64,000 nucleotides of DNA from a virus (taxonomy: Duplodnaviria > Caudoviricetes). Both the position numbers and the translations under genes were made by a program. Under the pieces are notes generated by a model. The model was given only the letters and a program-made list of their open reading frames with translations. It had not been told where the DNA came from and made no database searches. Positions 1-9,019 of the stretch are shown in pieces (position 1 is the first letter of the stretch; every line of letters starts with the position of its first letter). The stretch spans positions 792 to 64,791 of the IMG/VR virus record IMGVR_UViG_3300036804_000165. One strand, written 5' to 3'.

Positions 1-2
1 CT

Positions 3-33
3 TTGACAAGTAAATAGGCTATGACGTTATGAA
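3..33 (+). promoter_or_regulatory. Possible sigma70-type early promoter
   Basis: TTGACA at 3-8 in an AT-rich end region upstream of the early operon; -10 element unclear. Confidence 0.3.
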
Positions 34-357
34 ACACTAGCAAGCTATGCTGTGTGTTTCCTATGACGTCGCATGTATTGATACGCGCTTGACTATGCGG
101 AACGAAGTAGCAAGGGAACGGATTGCCTGATAAGGCAGGGATTGCGAAGGCAGAAACATAGAATAGCGCAAGTCAATTCATGAATTAGGTGTGTCCTCCT
201 CTGAAATATCCTAAGCATATCGAAAGGACACGTAAGCAATTCGTGACGCGTTCATGTCCAATTGCTTGCGCTGTTCTTTCGACCTGCTAGGGAAACACCT
301 AGTAGGCGATGCGCGCATGTGCGTTCATCGCAAGCCTACAATCAGAGGACACCTACG

Positions 358-819
358 ATGGCAAAAGATATCAAGAATGCTGCTCCCCGTACTCAGGTCT
401 ATGTTCGCGCGTTGACGCGTGCGAAAGGCGCGACTGCGACGGAATTGAAACAGGCAGTGATTGACGCGAACCTCCCTCGTCGAGCGGAGGCGAAGAACGT
501 CGCGACGATGACGCAATTCACGTCGCACAATTCGTACAGCCTCACGCTGCTTGCAGCGACGTTCGGATATGCGTTCCTCGCAGTTGATAACCTCAAGTCC
601 GATCGGACGTATTTCTTCCGTTCGCCGAAGAACGCGGAATTTTTCGATCGGATGATTGCGGAACAGGCGGAAGAGGAGCGCAACGCGAAGGCGGAACGTG
701 AGGCTGCGAAGGCTGCGAAGCAGGCTGCGAAGGCGGAGCGCGATGCGCGCAAGGCTTCCAAGGCTGCGACACCTCCGAAGGCTTCCAAGGCTGCGGAAGG
801 CGAGCGCGCGAGCGTCTAA
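358..819 (+). CDS. First early protein; possible HTH with Ala/Lys-rich histone-H1-like tail
   Basis: ATG after box 342; LTRAKGATATELK resembles the DUF3489-like motif; C-terminus AKAAKQAAKA..KASKAA. Confidence 0.75.
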   Translation: MAKDIKNAAPRTQVYVRALTRAKGATATELKQAVIDANLPRRAEAKNVATMTQFTSHNSYSLTLLAATFGYAFLAVDNLKSDRTYFFRSPKNAEFFDRMIAEQAEEERNAKAEREAAKAAKQAAKAERDARKASKAATPPKASKAAEGERASV

Positions 820-921
820 CACTCGCTCGCGATAAGCGGACTAAAGCAGGCGGAACGCGCAAGCGTTTGCCTGTTTTAGCCTCCTTATCTGACGATATGG
901 AGCGATCAGAGGACACCTTAA

Positions 922-1191
922 ATGACCGATCAAATGCACGATGTCACCATCTTACAGGTGAATGCACATCGAGCCAAAGTCTTCGTCAACACCGTCTATG
1001 TCGGAAAAATCCGCATTGACGCCGACCAATCGCGCATCTTGTTTCGTTCGTCACGAGACGCATGGAACCGTGCGATCTACGAGATCGATCCCGAGACCGA
1101 CATCGCCAATCTCGCTGACAACCAACTGGATGTTTTCATCCAAGAGGCGATCAAGGCTTACCACCGGTACTACGCTCCCAAGCGCGCTTAG
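922..1191 (+). CDS. Hypothetical protein
   Basis: ATG after box 906. Confidence 0.8.
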   Translation: MTDQMHDVTILQVNAHRAKVFVNTVYVGKIRIDADQSRILFRSSRDAWNRAIYEIDPETDIANLADNQLDVFIQEAIKAYHRYYAPKRA

Positions 1192-1281
1192 CGTACTGAA
1201 CCAGGCGGAAGGCTCCCAGTCTTTGCCTGATTCAGCCTGCTAATCCCAGGACTTACCCCATCCTTCAGAGGACACCGAACA

Positions 1282-1440
1282 ATGAGAACCGCCCTTTTCG
1301 CGCTCGTCTTTGCGGTCGCGATTGCGCTGGTGTTTGCGAGCGCGTTGCTCGCGACCGACCAGCGTTCATCCGGATTGATCTGCATGGACCAGCACACGAC
1401 CGATGGAGCGTGCCACCGCCTCGTGCGCGGAACGCTCTAG
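1282..1440 (+). CDS. Small membrane/secreted peptide (52 aa, not in ORF track)
   Basis: ATG after box 1265; MRTALFALVFAVAIALVFASALLATDQ..CMDQHTTDGAC.. Confidence 0.7.
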   Translation: MRTALFALVFAVAIALVFASALLATDQRSSGLICMDQHTTDGACHRLVRGTL

Positions 1441-1536
1441 CGATTGACAGACCAAAGCAGGCGGAAGGCCCAGCCTTTGCCTGCTTTAGCCTGCCGACCA
1501 TCGCAGGACCCCAGCCTTTTCAGAGGACACCAGACA

Positions 1537-1881
1537 ATGCCAACCACGACGATTATTGACTATCGCGCCGTTCCGCGCGCGTCGCGTGCAAAGCCGACCT
1601 ACGCGCTTTGCACCGATAGCGAACAGAGCCGCTTTCTGACAACCGAGAACAAATGGCGGCTCGCGCCCAACGCGAAAATCCGCCTGTTCGCCAGCCGCGC
1701 CGCCATCGATGCGTTCGTCCGCTCGCCGGAGGCCGTCCCCGCCATCTATGCGCTGAACCGCGCCTTTCCCGATGTAGGGACGATGCCGATACAGTTTACG
1801 CCGCCTGCCCCTCGCGCCGATCTGCGAGGCGCCACCAAGGTTACGCCGAGCTATTCGCTGCGCTCGTTCGAACGCCGATAA
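1537..1881 (+). CDS. Hypothetical protein
   Basis: ATG after box 1520. Confidence 0.75.
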   Translation: MPTTTIIDYRAVPRASRAKPTYALCTDSEQSRFLTTENKWRLAPNAKIRLFASRAAIDAFVRSPEAVPAIYALNRAFPDVGTMPIQFTPPAPRADLRGATKVTPSYSLRSFERR

Positions 1882-1974
1882 GCATACGGAAGCAGCGCCG
1901 ATCGCCATGTCGCCGCTGTTTCCGCCTGCCAATCCGCAGGCGATCGAAGACCGATCGAATCAGAGGACACCGAC

Positions 1975-2295
1975 ATGACGATCTACACCATATCGATGAC
2001 TGACCATTTCGATGCGTCAGGAACCGATGGAGGCTTCCCGTATATCGCTTTGACCGTTTCCCATGAAGGGAAGCCCCAGACCGACATACGGATCGACTTT
2101 GAGACCGATGGAAAGCCGGCGATCTTGAAGGCGACCAATCGCCGATCGCCGATTGATTTCTATCCCATCGGCTTCAGCAGTCACTTGGATCTCGCGTGCG
2201 CCGCCTGGACGTTCATTCAGACCGCGCACGATAGGACCGACAACGAGCAGTATTCCGAGCTTTTCGAGGTTGCCGATTTGCTCTGGACCACATGA
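1975..2295 (+). CDS. Hypothetical protein
   Basis: ATG after box 1960. Confidence 0.8.
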   Translation: MTIYTISMTDHFDASGTDGGFPYIALTVSHEGKPQTDIRIDFETDGKPAILKATNRRSPIDFYPIGFSSHLDLACAAWTFIQTAHDRTDNEQYSELFEVADLLWTT

Positions 2296-2347
2296 CAGCC
2301 GCCTGCCAATCCCGCAGGAAACCCCAACCAATCAGAGGACACCGCAA

Positions 2348-2476
2348 ATGCAGCATTCCGGCACCATCCTGCTCGTCGCCCTGGGCCTGCTCGCCTGGGT
2401 CTACATCGGGCGCGAAGCCGTCCGCTTCAACGATCTGCTGACCGAGACGATCGCTCATACCGTCGTTTCGCGCTGA
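2348..2476 (+). CDS. Small single-TM protein (42 aa)
   Basis: ATG after box 2332; ILLVALGLLAWVYIG. Confidence 0.65.
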   Translation: MQHSGTILLVALGLLAWVYIGREAVRFNDLLTETIAHTVVSR

Positions 2477-2574
2477 CCATACCGAAGCCGCGCGCGCATC
2501 CCCCGATGCGTGTCGCCGCTTCGGCCTGGCTAGCACCAGGGCAATAACGACCACTCAGAGGACACCAAATTCCC

Positions 2575-2859
2575 ATGACACCACCCGAAATCATCATCCC
2601 GATGCTGAGCGCCAATGGCACGCCCGGCACCGCGCTGCTGGACGGCTACATCAATGCCATGGATGCGTTGCGCAAGGCCCGATCGGCGATGGACGAGACC
2701 GCGCCGCACGGGCGGGATTATCCGACGACCGATATCCTGCAAATGGCGACCACGCATCACCGTATCCGCCTGGGCATGATCGACCAGATCATCGACGATT
2801 TCTACAAGATCGGCCTCGCCGTAGGGGCCGAAACGCGCAAGCGCCGCCGCCAGCCGTGA
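2575..2859 (+). CDS. Hypothetical phage protein
   Basis: ATG after box 2555; NGT..L and PHGRDY motifs. Confidence 0.8.
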   Translation: MTPPEIIIPMLSANGTPGTALLDGYINAMDALRKARSAMDETAPHGRDYPTTDILQMATTHHRIRLGMIDQIIDDFYKIGLAVGAETRKRRRQP

Positions 2860-2944
2860 CCGAAGCAGCCCCGATCCTGCGGGATTGGGCGCTGTTTCGG
2901 CCTGGGCTTTCCAGGCAATCACCACCCACTCAGAGGACACCGAA

Positions 2945-3088
2945 ATGAAACGCATCATTCTGGCTTGCTGCCTGCTGCTCGCCGCTTGCGACGATGGCAA
3001 GCCGATCCACGGCATCAGCGGACCGAAAACCTCGCTGCTCAACATGGCGACCATCCATTGTTGCCTCTACGGCAACGGTCGTCGCTGA
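2945..3088 (+). CDS. Small lipoprotein (47 aa)
   Basis: ATG after box 2930; MKRIILACCLLLAAC lipobox. Confidence 0.7.
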   Translation: MKRIILACCLLLAACDDGKPIHGISGPKTSLLNMATIHCCLYGNGRR

Positions 3089-3181
3089 TCGAAGCGCTGA
3101 CCGAAACAGCCCCATCCTCGGCGGATGGCGGCTGCTTCGGCCTGGGCTTTCCAGGGGACCAACCTTCAGAGGACACCAATC

Positions 3182-3433
3182 ATGCAAACACCACAGAAAC
3201 GCGCCCGCGAGCCGGTCTACTGGATCGGCAACCCGGTCGCGTGCGACCTGTGCAGAAAGCCGTTCGGCGAGGCGGTCGGCGTCAAGATCGTCGATGGCCG
3301 GCTCGCCGTGACCGGATCGTGGGGCATTCTCGACCTGGGATGCCATCGCACGCACGGCGTCGGCGTCGGCACGGGCAAGGGCCAGGTCTACGAGCGGCAA
3401 ACCGATGGCCGCTGGCTCAAAGTCGAGGGCTGA
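3182..3433 (+). CDS. Hypothetical protein with CxxC
   Basis: ATG after box 3166; CDLC, GxGxGQVY..DGRWLKVEG. Confidence 0.8.
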   Translation: MQTPQKRAREPVYWIGNPVACDLCRKPFGEAVGVKIVDGRLAVTGSWGILDLGCHRTHGVGVGTGKGQVYERQTDGRWLKVEG

Positions 3434-3436
3434 GCG

Positions 3437-3634
3437 ATGGCGCAATATTACCATCCGCTCGACCCCGACTGCCCGGTCGTCGCCAAATTCTCGACCGATC
3501 TGACCGACGATCCCATGACCGAGGCGATGGGTGCGCCCGTCGATGACATCATGGCGGGTTTCGCGCGCAAGCATCGGGTCAACTGCGAACGCTGCCAGCG
3601 GTACGGGGCGGCGAATATCGAAGTGAGGGACTGA
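3437..3634 (+). CDS. Hypothetical protein
   Basis: Closely coupled ORF with CERC motif. Confidence 0.7.
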   Translation: MAQYYHPLDPDCPVVAKFSTDLTDDPMTEAMGAPVDDIMAGFARKHRVNCERCQRYGAANIEVRD

Positions 3635-3717
3635 CCGCCGGACCGAAGCAGCCCACCCAGCGATGGGTGCGGCTGTTTCGGCCTCGCGATCGTGCGGGGC
3701 ACTCAGAGGACACCATA

Positions 3718-4041
3718 ATGATCACCATGACCCTGTTCAGCGCGGCTAGAACCGCGCTGGTCAATGCCAACGGCCGCGATCTGCCGATCGTCATGCTGGC
3801 GAGCATCGATGCGTTCATCTTCGGCGTGGTCAAGGATACTCCGCAGAATCGGCTGATCAAGCCCGGCGGGATCCATGACACGCGACCGGAGCGGTATGTG
3901 CCGTTCTCCATGCGATCGACGGGCGGCGCGGCGGTGATGTGGGACGATCGCGGCGATAACGATCCAACCCAAGCGATGCAGGAGATCGCCGATTTGATCG
4001 GCTGCATCGCGCGCGATGGCCGCGTCGATCCGCACCCATGA
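3718..4041 (+). CDS. Hypothetical protein
   Basis: ATG after box 3703. Confidence 0.75.
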   Translation: MITMTLFSAARTALVNANGRDLPIVMLASIDAFIFGVVKDTPQNRLIKPGGIHDTRPERYVPFSMRSTGGAAVMWDDRGDNDPTQAMQEIADLIGCIARDGRVDPHP

Positions 4042-4259
4042 AGACCGGACAGACGCTCTGGTGGATAATCGAGCATGCCACCGAGGGCGCGTTCCTCGGC
4101 TACGCGCGACAGCGCCGCACCCGCGAGATGGCGCCGCTGTTTCGTCGCGCCGATGATCGCAAACCGGCGATGCTGTTCGGCTCGATTGCCGCCGCCGCCG
4201 AGGAACTGCAGTACATCACCGTCGATGAGCGGGACTATCAAATCGTGCCGCTCCGATAG
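4038..4259 (+). CDS. Hypothetical protein
   Basis: ATGA overlap with previous gene. Confidence 0.7.
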   Translation: MKTGQTLWWIIEHATEGAFLGYARQRRTREMAPLFRRADDRKPAMLFGSIAAAAEELQYITVDERDYQIVPLR

Positions 4260-4345
4260 CCGGACCGAAGCAGCGCCATCCGCGAGGGTGCCGCTGTTTC
4301 GGCCTCGCCGTCGCTCAAGACGCCGAGGCTCAGAGGACATCGACC

Positions 4346-4711
4346 ATGACCAAAACCACAGAGCCGCCGCGCTTGACCTCGCTCAGCAGCTTGGTGCGCG
4401 AGATCGCGGTGCCGGGGGAGTTGGCCTTCGCGTTCGCCACCGATCGTGTCGAACTGCTCAGGCTGATCAAGCCGAAGCCGCTCGACGCGAGCCAATCCGC
4501 CAAACTCTACGAGATCATCGGCGTGCTGATGGAGACCAACCAGGCATTGCGCAACTACGCCGCAAGGATGACCGTGCTGGCGGAAGACCTGGGCGGCAGC
4601 ATCGAAGAAATCATCGCCGCCCAGGTGGATATCAACGAGACCGCCGCGCACGCCAAGAAGGCAACGGCGCAAGTCAAGCGCCTCGCCAGCTTTCGCGACG
4701 CCGAGGATTGA
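4346..4711 (+). CDS. Hypothetical coiled-coil protein
   Basis: ATG after box 4330. Confidence 0.8.
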   Translation: MTKTTEPPRLTSLSSLVREIAVPGELAFAFATDRVELLRLIKPKPLDASQSAKLYEIIGVLMETNQALRNYAARMTVLAEDLGGSIEEIIAAQVDINETAAHAKKATAQVKRLASFRDAED

Positions 4712-4797
4712 GCCGCTGACCGAAGGCGCCCCCGTCGCAGGAGGGGCGGCGCTTTCGGCCTGGGGCTTCGCCCAGGACACCACCAGAGGACAACACA

Positions 4798-5064
4798 ATG
4801 GCACTCGAACTGGGCGCTTTGCGTAAAGCGCTGATTAACGCCGGAGCCGATACGACAATGGCGGAAACCGCGTCGGAAGAGGTCGCCGGTTATGAGAACC
4901 GTCTGACCCGGCAGACGACGATGGTGCAGGCCATGCTCGCGATCGGCCTGATGATGCTCGCCAGCCAGGGCGCACTCTGGCTGGAGATCGGCAAGCTCGA
5001 CGGCTCGATGGTCGCCTTGAATACCAAGGTCGATCTGATCGCCCGCGCCGTGAACGCTCACTAA
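4798..5064 (+). CDS. Small coiled-coil/TM protein (CCDC90/DUF1640-like)
   Basis: ALRKALINAGAD..AETASEEVAGYENRL followed by a hydrophobic helix. Confidence 0.7.
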   Translation: MALELGALRKALINAGADTTMAETASEEVAGYENRLTRQTTMVQAMLAIGLMMLASQGALWLEIGKLDGSMVALNTKVDLIARAVNAH

Positions 5065-5177
5065 TCCGCCAATCCATACCGCAACGGCTGGCGCGCGCCT
5101 CGCGAGGGGCGCGCGTTTGCTGTTTCGGCCTGGATTTGCAATGACCTGCCAGGGGGCAAACAGAGGACACCATAACA

Positions 5178-5411
5178 ATGAAACTGGACTTAACCCGCTG
5201 CGAAGCCGCGGCCTGGGTCGAAGCCGAGATGACGATCGTCACCAACGGCGTCGATCCCGGTGCGCGGCTGCAAATGGCGCGGGGAACTTTGGCAGCGTGC
5301 CGGCAAGCACCGGACGTCGCGGCCCTCATGCCTCATGCGATCGCCGCCTGCCTGCTGCTGATCGCCCGCCTCGAAGCGACCGAGGATCGACTGAAATCCG
5401 CCGCCGACTAA
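5178..5411 (+). CDS. Hypothetical protein
   Basis: ATG after box 5161. Confidence 0.7.
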   Translation: MKLDLTRCEAAAWVEAEMTIVTNGVDPGARLQMARGTLAACRQAPDVAALMPHAIAACLLLIARLEATEDRLKSAAD

Positions 5412-5509
5412 CCGCATACCGAGGCATCGCCACGGTCTTTCGAGATCGTGCCGATGTCTCGGCCTGGGTTAGCTACACCGCCACCAGGGGCATCAGAGGA
5501 CACCAACAC

Positions 5510-5806
5510 ATGAAGCACAACAAAACGCCCGGCGGCACGCCGCTGGGCGTCATCAGTGCGCTCGTCGCCGACGCGCGCACGCCGGGTCAACCCGGCATCC
5601 CCGAGCAAGCGGTCAAGGCGCCGGTTCCCACGCCGCCGCCACGATCGATGAGCATCATCGTGACCGTCCTGACGTTCGTGGGATTGCTGTCGCTGTACCT
5701 GGGCCTGCTGGCGATGACCGGTGGGCTGCACGATTATCGCTCACCCGATGACGACCGGCCAATGGCTCAGAGCCAAGCACCGCTCAATATCGTCACGAGC
5801 CGCTAA
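5510..5806 (+). CDS. Single-TM protein
   Basis: ATG after box 5493; IIVTVLTFVGLLSLYLGLLAM. Confidence 0.7.
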   Translation: MKHNKTPGGTPLGVISALVADARTPGQPGIPEQAVKAPVPTPPPRSMSIIVTVLTFVGLLSLYLGLLAMTGGLHDYRSPDDDRPMAQSQAPLNIVTSR

Positions 5807-5907
5807 GCACCGAACCATTGACGACAGCGCTGCCCGAGCCGTTCGGGAGCGCTTTCGCCTTGGGTTCGCCTGGGGACAATCGAAACCTTTTCAGAGGACA
5901 CCAACCC

Positions 5908-6207
5908 ATGACAGAACAAGAACTGATCGTCGGCGCGCGGGTGCGGCTGATCCGCGACGTGTGCGGCGGTGGCGGCGCAGGCACGATCATTGACACGATC
6001 AAGGCGGGCGAGACCGCTGAGATCGTGGCGATCGACCTGGATGCCGCTATTCAGACTGGCGATGCGGCAGTCGTCGTGCGCTTCGACAACCACCTCGAAA
6101 CCCTGGATGACTGGGAAAACACGCTCAATGTTGGCCTCGACCGCGACGTCATGGACTGGGATGCCACGATCGATGATTTCGAAGTGGAGCGGGGCTTCGG
6201 GCAATGA
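5908..6207 (+). CDS. Acidic hypothetical protein (SH3/KOW-like barrel?)
   Basis: ATG after box 5891; LIVGARVRLIRD. Confidence 0.75.
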   Translation: MTEQELIVGARVRLIRDVCGGGGAGTIIDTIKAGETAEIVAIDLDAAIQTGDAAVVVRFDNHLETLDDWENTLNVGLDRDVMDWDATIDDFEVERGFGQ

Positions 6208-6413
6208 CAGACGCAATGAGCGACAGAGCCATGAAGCTGCTGATCCGCAACATCTGTAAGGCGGCGCTTGATGACGCCAAGGGTGATTTCGCGCATCAGC
6301 GCCAACGGATCGAAACATCCTTCGTCGATGACCGCACGATCCAGATCAAGTTGTTTGGTCCCGGCAACCCGCCACCGTCTTACCTGACCGTCACGGTAAA
6401 AGGGTCGATTTGA
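6204..6413 (+). CDS. Hypothetical protein
   Basis: ATGA overlap. Confidence 0.7.
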   Translation: MTDAMSDRAMKLLIRNICKAALDDAKGDFAHQRQRIETSFVDDRTIQIKLFGPGNPPPSYLTVTVKGSI

Positions 6414-6509
6414 ACCATTGACGACAGCGGCGCCCGAGCCGTTCGGGGCCGCTCTCGCCTTGGGTTCATCCCCGAGGACTACCGAAACCTTTTCAGAGGA
6501 CACCTACAG

Positions 6510-7394
6510 ATGAAAAAACCAGCGGCTCGAAAGACCGTCGAGCAACTGAAATCAGCGGTATGGCCGGATCGGGCAACGGCGCTGGCCGATCTCAAACCGG
6601 CCGGTCTGTCGGCGCGCGGTGCGGACTACGAACTGCGCGAATATAAGACCGGATCGTGGCAGTTAATGCCGCTGACCGACGAGGTCTCGCGTGAGGAGCG
6701 CGTGGTGCAGGCGCTGCGCAAGCAGCCCGGCCAGCCGCCACGCGGGACGGCGAAAGTCATCGTCGAGGCCAAGGCACCCGCCAAGGCCAAGGCGAAGGCC
6801 CCGGCCAAGGCGCCCGCTAAGGCACCGCCAGAGGCTCCGACCAAAACCCCGGCGGAAGCCCCTGCGGCGGCCCCGGTCAAGGCGCCCAACGGCGAGGCCA
6901 AGCCCACGATCGCCCCGCCGGACCCGGCGCCGGTCGCGACGCTGCAAGAACTGTTCTCGCCGATGCCGGAAGCCAACGCGCCGTACGAGATCGTCATCGC
7001 CGAGGGATCACCGGCTTTCCCCCGCCATACCGCGCATACCACGGCGATCGATATCTCGCGGAAGCTGAAAGCCCCGGTGCTGGTGCGCAGCGAGGGTTTC
7101 GAGATCAACCGCGTCTATGACTGGGCGGCGATCGAGAAGGCCCGCAAGGCGTCCCGCGTGCCGGGCAAGCGAGGCGGTCGGCAGGCGGGCGGCGAGAGCA
7201 AGTTTGCCCGCGCCGCGCGTCTGCTGTTCCGCCCCGAAGGCGCCACCGCCGCCGAACTGGAGGTCGAATGCGGCTGGACGCGCGTGGGCCAGCGGCACGT
7301 CAACCGCGCATCGAAGTTCAACGCCAACGCCCGGATCACCATCCTGGGCGACAAGCACTGGCGCCTCGAAGCGCCCAAGCCGACCAAAGCATGA
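6510..7394 (+). CDS. Protein with Ala/Lys/Pro-rich linker and C-terminal DUF3489-like HTH
   Basis: AKAPAKAKAKAPAKAP linker; SKFARAARLLFRPEGATAAELEVECGW. Confidence 0.75.
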   Translation: MKKPAARKTVEQLKSAVWPDRATALADLKPAGLSARGADYELREYKTGSWQLMPLTDEVSREERVVQALRKQPGQPPRGTAKVIVEAKAPAKAKAKAPAKAPAKAPPEAPTKTPAEAPAAAPVKAPNGEAKPTIAPPDPAPVATLQELFSPMPEANAPYEIVIAEGSPAFPRHTAHTTAIDISRKLKAPVLVRSEGFEINRVYDWAAIEKARKASRVPGKRGGRQAGGESKFARAARLLFRPEGATAAELEVECGWTRVGQRHVNRASKFNANARITILGDKHWRLEAPKPTKA

Positions 7395-7479
7395 CTTGAC
7401 TGATGCACCACCCGGACTTCGGGGGGCGGGCGGTGCATCAGCCTGATCATGCCGATCAGGACTTCAGAGGACACCGACA

Positions 7480-7836
7480 ATGAGCGAAATTATTCTGACC
7501 GACCCGATCGGTCTGCGCGAGGCGATTGCCTTCGCGGAGGCCAACGGCTGCCTCGATCAACTCGGCTTCGGCCTAATCCGGCTGCTCCAAACATTGACCG
7601 TCGGTATGACCAAAGACGACGAGCGCACAGCCGAGCTTGGCAGCGACTTCGCCCCTTACAGTCAGCGATTTTGCGTTTGGGACGGCGCGCGTCAGCAATC
7701 CAACGTGGTGCTCGCCGGCGGCTGGATTTACGACGGGCCGAGCGCACCGGGCGATGGCTCGTTCCCATCGCTGTCGGTCAATCTCGCGCGCCTGATGGGC
7801 AATGCGCCGACGCACTCATGGAATGTCCACACATGA
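7480..7836 (+). CDS. Hypothetical protein
   Basis: ATG after box 7464; DFAPYS..GGWIYDG..W.VHT. Confidence 0.8.
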   Translation: MSEIILTDPIGLREAIAFAEANGCLDQLGFGLIRLLQTLTVGMTKDDERTAELGSDFAPYSQRFCVWDGARQQSNVVLAGGWIYDGPSAPGDGSFPSLSVNLARLMGNAPTHSWNVHT

Positions 7837-8045
7837 GCGCCCAACCGATGCACCCCTCCATCACCCTTGAGCGGGTGATGGAGGCGGTCGAGCGGCACAA
7901 CACCACGCTCGACAACCCCGGCTTCTGCCTCGCCTGCGGGGAAGAGGCGGACGGCGTCGAACCCGACGCGCGGCGGCTTGAGTGCGAAGCCTGCGGCGAG
8001 AGCCGGGTCTACGGCGCCGACGAACTGCTGATAATGATGGCTTGA
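7833..8045 (+). CDS. Zinc-ribbon protein
   Basis: GFCLACG..VEPDA..CEACG..VYG. Confidence 0.75.
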   Translation: MSAQPMHPSITLERVMEAVERHNTTLDNPGFCLACGEEADGVEPDARRLECEACGESRVYGADELLIMMA

Positions 8046-8113
8046 CGGAATGGCCCGCATGTCGGAATGACATGTGGGCTATTCGCACAACATTGCGCCA
8101 AAAGCGACGCCTC

Positions 8114-8323
8114 ATGCTCATCGGCTATGTCATCCATACCGGCTTCGACGGCCTCTCGGTGCTCAGCGAGCACGATACCTGGGTCGATCCCAGCGCCGCC
8201 AACGTCCTGATGTTCGCCAGCTATGCCCTGGCCTCGGCGTGGCTGCTGTCGCATCATCGCCAATCACAGGTACTGGCCGGCACGTTGCCGACCGTTTCGC
8301 GACGCGACGATTTGCCCTCCTAA
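8114..8323 (+). CDS. Hypothetical protein
   Basis: Fills the gap before the next repeat; start uncertain. Confidence 0.5.
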   Translation: MLIGYVIHTGFDGLSVLSEHDTWVDPSAANVLMFASYALASAWLLSHHRQSQVLAGTLPTVSRRDDLPS

Positions 8324-8392
8324 CCCATACCGAAACAGCGCCCGCTGCTTCGGCCTGGGGATTAGGCCCTGGGGTAACAGAGGACACCACCA

Positions 8393-9019
8393 ATGAGCAA
8401 ACCAGCCAAAAAGCGTCTCCCGCCGCGCTGGGCGGAGCAGCTTCGCTACGACATGGTTTTCGCCGAGGACGCCATCACCACCAAAGGCGAACTTCCCCCG
8501 GTGTTCGTTCTGCACAACCCAGATCGCAGCGTCACGCCGTTCGTGGTGCCGCTGCGTGATGCCGCGCACAAGCGCCGGGTCTACCAGTTCCTCGCCCTGA
8601 CACTCCTCGCCAGCGGCGCGGTGGGCTTCACGATGATGACCGAGGCGTGGATGCGCGATGAGTTAGCCGAGCCCGGCGAAAGCGCGGAGGCGGCGATGGC
8701 GCGGGTCGAGCGCGACGGGCCGATGCCCAGCCAGGTATCGAACCGCAAAGAGATCGTCAGCATCGTCATGGTCTATCGCGACGACGCAGACGAGCGCCAG
8801 ACCAGCGGCGTGATCGGCGAGATCGTGCGCGCCGACGATGCCTCGGTCGCCGCTATCAAGTGGGAGGTGAACGCGGAAACGAGCGCCGCTGGCGCGATGG
8901 TCGACATCATGCCGGTCATCGCGCCAGACCCCCGCCATCGCGCGGCCGCGGCGCGGCTGCTGATCGAGATCGGACCGACGATCATGCAAGTGCTCGGCAT
9001 CGTCGAGGTGGCGGTATGA
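8393..9019 (+). CDS. Hypothetical protein
   Basis: ATG after box 8378. Confidence 0.8.
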   Translation: MSKPAKKRLPPRWAEQLRYDMVFAEDAITTKGELPPVFVLHNPDRSVTPFVVPLRDAAHKRRVYQFLALTLLASGAVGFTMMTEAWMRDELAEPGESAEAAMARVERDGPMPSQVSNRKEIVSIVMVYRDDADERQTSGVIGEIVRADDASVAAIKWEVNAETSAAGAMVDIMPVIAPDPRHRAAAARLLIEIGPTIMQVLGIVEVAV

